From a virus (Duplodnaviria > Caudoviricetes), in the IMG/VR virus record IMGVR_UViG_3300029811_000184, positions 1 to 29,987 of that record: a stretch of DNA of 29,987 bases, one strand, 5' to 3'. Both the position numbers and the translations under genes were made by a program. Under the pieces are notes generated by a model. That model ran no database searches. It was not told the DNA's origin and saw nothing but the letters and a program-made list of their open reading frames with translations. Positions within the stretch are counted from its first letter, which is position 1; every line of letters begins with the position of its first letter. Shown here piece by piece: positions 26,683-29,987 of this stretch.

Positions 26683-27975
26683 TCAATATCCACTTGCTTT
26701 CCCGCCAGCTGTTCGTGATAGGTCGGTCAATGCCCAAACTAAAGCATCTAATCTATCTGGGCTTTCTTCGTTTAATCCTGGATCCCACTGGCACATTTGA
26801 TCCTCTAACTTTGGGAATATTCCTACATGATGAACTCTTCCTTGTTCATACAATGCGGATATTGGTTCTGCTCTTAATTGTTTTCCTCGTGTAGCCCTCA
26901 CAGATTTAACTCTTACACTCGGGTCAATCGCTTTCATAAGGGCTTTTACCATATCCCCACCATTGTTTACTTCAGGAATTATTCTGTTTGCTTGGTGATC
27001 ATTGTAGGCATTTACACATTTTCTTGCCCACTTTTCTGGGGAAACATGACAAGTATAATCATACATGATATAATAATGGTTGTTCTTGTCTTTTCCCGCT
27101 ACAATTATACCAGTATCGTCGGAACTTTCCTTGGATGTAACAGCAGGATCAACTCCTACGTTGACCAACTTCAATTCAGGGGCATAATCAACTCTATGTT
27201 CATCTATAATATTTCTGTTAAATAAAGCTTCTGGATTGTCGTCAAGAATCTCAGCATATATCTCTTGTCTTCCTAATCTCGTTCCTCTATACTTCTGAAT
27301 AATTCTGCCTAAAAACGCTGGGGCTAAGTTTGCTTGATTTTCAAAAGTATCTCCTCCGGTAACTACGGTGTTCTCATCTTTTACTAACTCTTTTATAAGT
27401 TTTAAAGGCCTCGGGGTTGCCGTAACTACACATTGTGGCTTATCCCCTATTCTAAGCCCAAACATAAGCATATCCCAAGTATCTTGCATTCTCTGCCAAG
27501 ATGCTAATTCATCTGCCCAAGCACAATCATGCTGAGGCCCTCTTAATCTATCAGGCTTTTCCGCACTATACGTTTTAGCAATGGCCCCATTTGGCCATAT
27601 CAATTTTGTTTTCGATGGTATATACGACGGATAATTCCAGGGAGGTGAGACACTAAGAATTCCACTATCTCCTTCAACCATAATATCTCTTACATCAGCA
27701 GCGGTTGCCCCTACCAACGCTATTCTTTTCTTTCCATGCTCTTCTACTTGATTTCTTACCCATTCTGCTCCGGCCCTTGTCTTACCAAAGCCCCGTCCGG
27801 CAAGCACTAACCAGTATAACCAATCCTTCTTTGGTGGCAATTGATTTGGTCTTGCAAAAAGGTCCCAATCATACAAGAAATCATCTTCTGATATATCGGC
27901 TTTCTCCATCATAGCTATAAGTACAGCCTGGTCTTCTGGAGATTGTACTGCCTGTTGTATCAAGGATTGATTCAT
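26683..27975 (-). CDS. terL: Terminase large subunit
   Basis: Walker A AGRGFGKT, LRGPQHDCAWADE (Walker B), TATPRP, nuclease motifs GVDPA and SPDRLDALVWA. Confidence 0.95.
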   Translation of the reverse strand: MNQSLIQQAVQSPEDQAVLIAMMEKADISEDDFLYDWDLFARPNQLPPKKDWLYWLVLAGRGFGKTRAGAEWVRNQVEEHGKKRIALVGATAADVRDIMVEGDSGILSVSPPWNYPSYIPSKTKLIWPNGAIAKTYSAEKPDRLRGPQHDCAWADELASWQRMQDTWDMLMFGLRIGDKPQCVVTATPRPLKLIKELVKDENTVVTGGDTFENQANLAPAFLGRIIQKYRGTRLGRQEIYAEILDDNPEALFNRNIIDEHRVDYAPELKLVNVGVDPAVTSKESSDDTGIIVAGKDKNNHYYIMYDYTCHVSPEKWARKCVNAYNDHQANRIIPEVNNGGDMVKALMKAIDPSVRVKSVRATRGKQLRAEPISALYEQGRVHHVGIFPKLEDQMCQWDPGLNEESPDRLDALVWALTDLSRTAGGKASGY

Positions 27976-27987
27976 CAAAACTTCCTA

Positions 27988-28557
27988 CTAAGAATTAACA
28001 ACATTTCTATTATCCATTTGAACTTCTTTCTCTTTACTTTCTTCCATCTTTTGTTTGTTCTTTATCATTCCTGTAAGTATGACTTTTAACTTAGCTCTAT
28101 CTCCTCTAAAAGGTTTCTCTGGATCTTCTCCCACCAGACTTTTTGCCGGAGAATCTAATCCAAGATATCTTGCTCTTCGTTCCATTATCTTCAAAGCTTT
28201 ATCTACAGCCGTCATGTTATTATTCTTTACTTCATTCCAAGCTTTCTCAAACAATAAATCAAGTCTTCCTAACTCAAGTTGCACTATCTGACTTAATTGA
28301 GACTTAGTTCTTTTAGTTATTTCCTTTCTTAGTATTGCCCCTACATCAGTATACACACTTGAAAGGTTTGTTCCTAACTTATCTGCTATATACTGATAAG
28401 ATTTTCCGGCTTTTCTCATCTCTAAAGCCTTCAATCTTCTTACTTGCAAACTTAACTTTTTCCGGTATAGCTTCTTATTATCTAAACTATTGACATTCTT
28501 TAATTTTTCGACTTCGACTAATCTCAATTTAGTTTTTGTTCTTTTTAATTTTCTCAT
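27988..28557 (-). CDS. terS: Terminase small subunit (HTH)
   Basis: HTH ALEMRKAGKSYQYIADKLG and AVDKALKIMERRARYLGLD; directly upstream of terL. Confidence 0.8.
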   Translation of the reverse strand: MRKLKRTKTKLRLVEVEKLKNVNSLDNKKLYRKKLSLQVRRLKALEMRKAGKSYQYIADKLGTNLSSVYTDVGAILRKEITKRTKSQLSQIVQLELGRLDLLFEKAWNEVKNNNMTAVDKALKIMERRARYLGLDSPAKSLVGEDPEKPFRGDRAKLKVILTGMIKNKQKMEESKEKEVQMDNRNVVNS

Positions 28558-28653
28558 ACAAAGAAATCTTCTTTCAAAAAGTTTTTTAGATATCTACATA
28601 AATATTATATTATAATTTATTTTAAAAAATAAAGGATTATTTTTAGAAACGTC

Positions 28654-28680
28654 AAAATACCCAGAAGGTGGGATATTTTT
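28654..28680 (-). terminator. Possible hairpin in the AT-rich intergenic region before terS
   Basis: Minus strand AAAATATCCCA-CCTTC-TGGGTATTTT is an imperfect stem ending in a T-run, within the longest non-coding gap of the window. Confidence 0.35.
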
Positions 28681-28724
28681 TTATACCAAAAGGGGGAAAA
28701 TTGGATGGGGTTTCTTATTTGTTA

Positions 28725-28979
28725 TTAATCTTCATTTAATGCTTTTAGTATATTCAAAGCTTCGTCCCTATCACTTTCTTTTTCAAACTTCCGTTCATTC
28801 GGCCCTGTAAGCAAATCAACATCGATTCTGACAAGACCGGAATATTGTTCAATTTCTTCCATTTGCTTTCTAATATATGATAAATTGTTGCCGATTATAT
28901 CGCTTTGCATAATTTGTGCAGCTTCAATAATAACACGCAACCTTCTGCTCATTTCAAGTCTTATTGTGTCTATTCTCAT
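28725..28979 (-). CDS. Hypothetical protein
   Basis: 84-aa ORF with an ATGA overlap to the upstream gene. Confidence 0.6.
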   Translation of the reverse strand: MRIDTIRLEMSRRLRVIIEAAQIMQSDIIGNNLSYIRKQMEEIEQYSGLVRIDVDLLTGPNERKFEKESDRDEALNILKALNED

Positions 28980-29257
28980 TTCTTAGCCTTCTCCCATTCC
29001 TTTTCAATAGCATCATATATTTCAATCTTGGTCATAAAACGTTTGTTTCCCTCTACAATTATACCATCTATTGAATCATAAAAATCATAATATTCATCAT
29101 TCTCGTAAACATATTCTCCTTTTAAAACAGAATGAGTTTTCTTTCGCCATCTTTTCATCACCTCCAAGACTTCTGGAGAAAAAGTATCTGGATCTTCTCC
29201 GAGGAGCCTTAATACTAAAATTAGTATGTCTTTTTCAAGGGCTTGTCTGGACAGCAT
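28976..29257 (-). CDS. Hypothetical protein
   Basis: 93-aa ORF with a GAAGGA RBS. Confidence 0.6.
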   Translation of the reverse strand: MLSRQALEKDILILVLRLLGEDPDTFSPEVLEVMKRWRKKTHSVLKGEYVYENDEYYDFYDSIDGIIVEGNKRFMTKIEIYDAIEKEWEKAKK

Positions 29258-29466
29258 TTTATTTCCTTCTTATATTCTCTTTCATCAATTTCTAAATTTA
29301 CCCTACACCCACAGGTAGTCACTTGCCCAAAAACTATATCTTCAACAAATCTTGGGCACCAATCTCCACAAGAAGTAACATCACTATCATAAGGACAGAA
29401 TTGTTCCCTAAAGATGCCTTTTCTTTTTATGAATAAACAACCATCCTTGTCTATTTTGCCAATCAT
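29221..29466 (-). CDS. Small Cys-rich hypothetical protein
   Basis: CPY...CGDWCP...CGC; AAAGGA RBS. Confidence 0.6.
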   Translation of the reverse strand: MIGKIDKDGCLFIKRKGIFREQFCPYDSDVTSCGDWCPRFVEDIVFGQVTTCGCRVNLEIDEREYKKEIKCCPDKPLKKTY

Positions 29467-29482
29467 TTCTTTTTCCTTTCTA

Positions 29483-29815
29483 TCAATCGATGTTCAAGGC
29501 TTTTTTTATCAGAACAATATCACTTTCGGCTCCAATCTTGGTGTATTTCGCTATTGTAATACCTATTGCCTTTAAATGTTCAGGTAATTTTTCTATCAAC
29601 TCATCTATATTTTGACAGTCTAATCCTTCTAATAAAACTACCAATTTTTCTTTATGCCCAACAATGTCTTGTTCTTTTGTACCATTTTTATAAGCACGTA
29701 ACAGGGCTTCAGCTAATTTAAAAGGGGTAACTAATGGGCACAAATCATCAAGATTATATCGTTAACAATAATCCAATGCTTCCCCATAATTTCTAAAGTT
29801 ATCTTCTATTGACAT
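29483..29815 (-). pseudogene. Hypothetical gene interrupted by one in-frame TAA (nonsense mutation or sequence error)
   Basis: ATG 29815 with an AGAGGA RBS gives MSIEDNFRNYGEALDYC*RYNLDDLCPLVTPF..., in frame with the 29483-29743 ORF; TAA at 29762-29764. Confidence 0.55.
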
Positions 29816-29975
29816 TTTTCCTCTTTTTCTTATCTATTTTAGGATGAGTTTTTCGATACTTCCTAATCATTTCATAACTTATACCAAGCTTCAAAGCAAG
29901 TTCATTCCAGGTTTTAAATCTCTTCTTTCCATTCCTTAACATAGTTGATGGGGATTTATAGTTAGTATTAGCCAT
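29799..29975 (-). CDS. Small basic HTH-like protein (start uncertain; frame is open to the window edge)
   Basis: MANTNYKSPSTMLRNGKKRFKTWNELALKLGISYEMIRKYRKTHPKIDKKKRKNVNRR*; ELALKLGISYEMI is HTH-like. Confidence 0.5.
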   Translation of the reverse strand: MANTNYKSPSTMLRNGKKRFKTWNELALKLGISYEMIRKYRKTHPKIDKKKRKNVNRR

Positions 29976-29987
29976 GCTATTATACCA

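Noticed and set aside
28558-28724. Sigma70-type late promoter upstream of terS (TTGACG and TATAAT on the minus strand)
   Set aside because: The two elements are far more than 17 bp apart and TATAAT is expected by chance in such AT-rich DNA; a promoter is likely here but cannot be placed
1092-29295. Plus-strand ORFs and alternative-frame minus ORFs in the track (e.g. 1123-1356, 15670-16116, 20517-20939, 1092-1334, 5733-5945)
   Set aside because: They overlap well-supported minus-strand genes, have antisense-type composition (F/S/L/I-rich) and show no motifs
29762-29764. Stop-codon reassignment (alternative genetic code)
   Set aside because: TAA, TAG and TGA all terminate genes cleanly elsewhere and coding density is high under the standard code
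1-29987. CRISPR arrays, tRNAs, integrase/transposase, introns or inteins in terL
   Set aside because: No regularly spaced repeats, cloverleaf candidates or recombinase motifs were seen; terL is of normal length and uninterrupted

Overview
This window is a segment of a tailed dsDNA phage or prophage genome, AT-rich and using the standard genetic code. Every credible gene is on the minus strand, tightly packed with many TAATG/ATGA overlaps. Read in transcription order (right to left): small hypothetical and HTH genes; terminase small and large subunits; an inserted kinase-HAD phosphatase; portal; a Zn-ribbon protein; a 780-aa MuF/gp7-like head protein extended with two ADP-ribosyltransferase-like domains; five tiny ORFs (four very basic); a 103-aa hypothetical; scaffold; and an N4-gp56/DUF4043-type major capsid protein. 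Where head-tail genes would normally follow, there is a ~16 kb block of glycan-building enzymes. It holds about 12 glycosyltransferase-like domains (including GT9-GT2-GT4 and GT9-MTase-GT4 fusions), 5 SAM methyltransferase domains, a radical SAM enzyme and a deacetylase-like protein. After it come a 115-aa gene and a long fibre-like structural gene that runs off the left edge and is absent from the ORF track. The best candidate for a new system is a late-operon, cytoplasmic virion-glycosylation pathway. Also notable are the dual-ART MuF effector and an inverted repeat that can mask the capsid ribosome-binding site. All family calls come from recognising motifs by eye, not from database searches.
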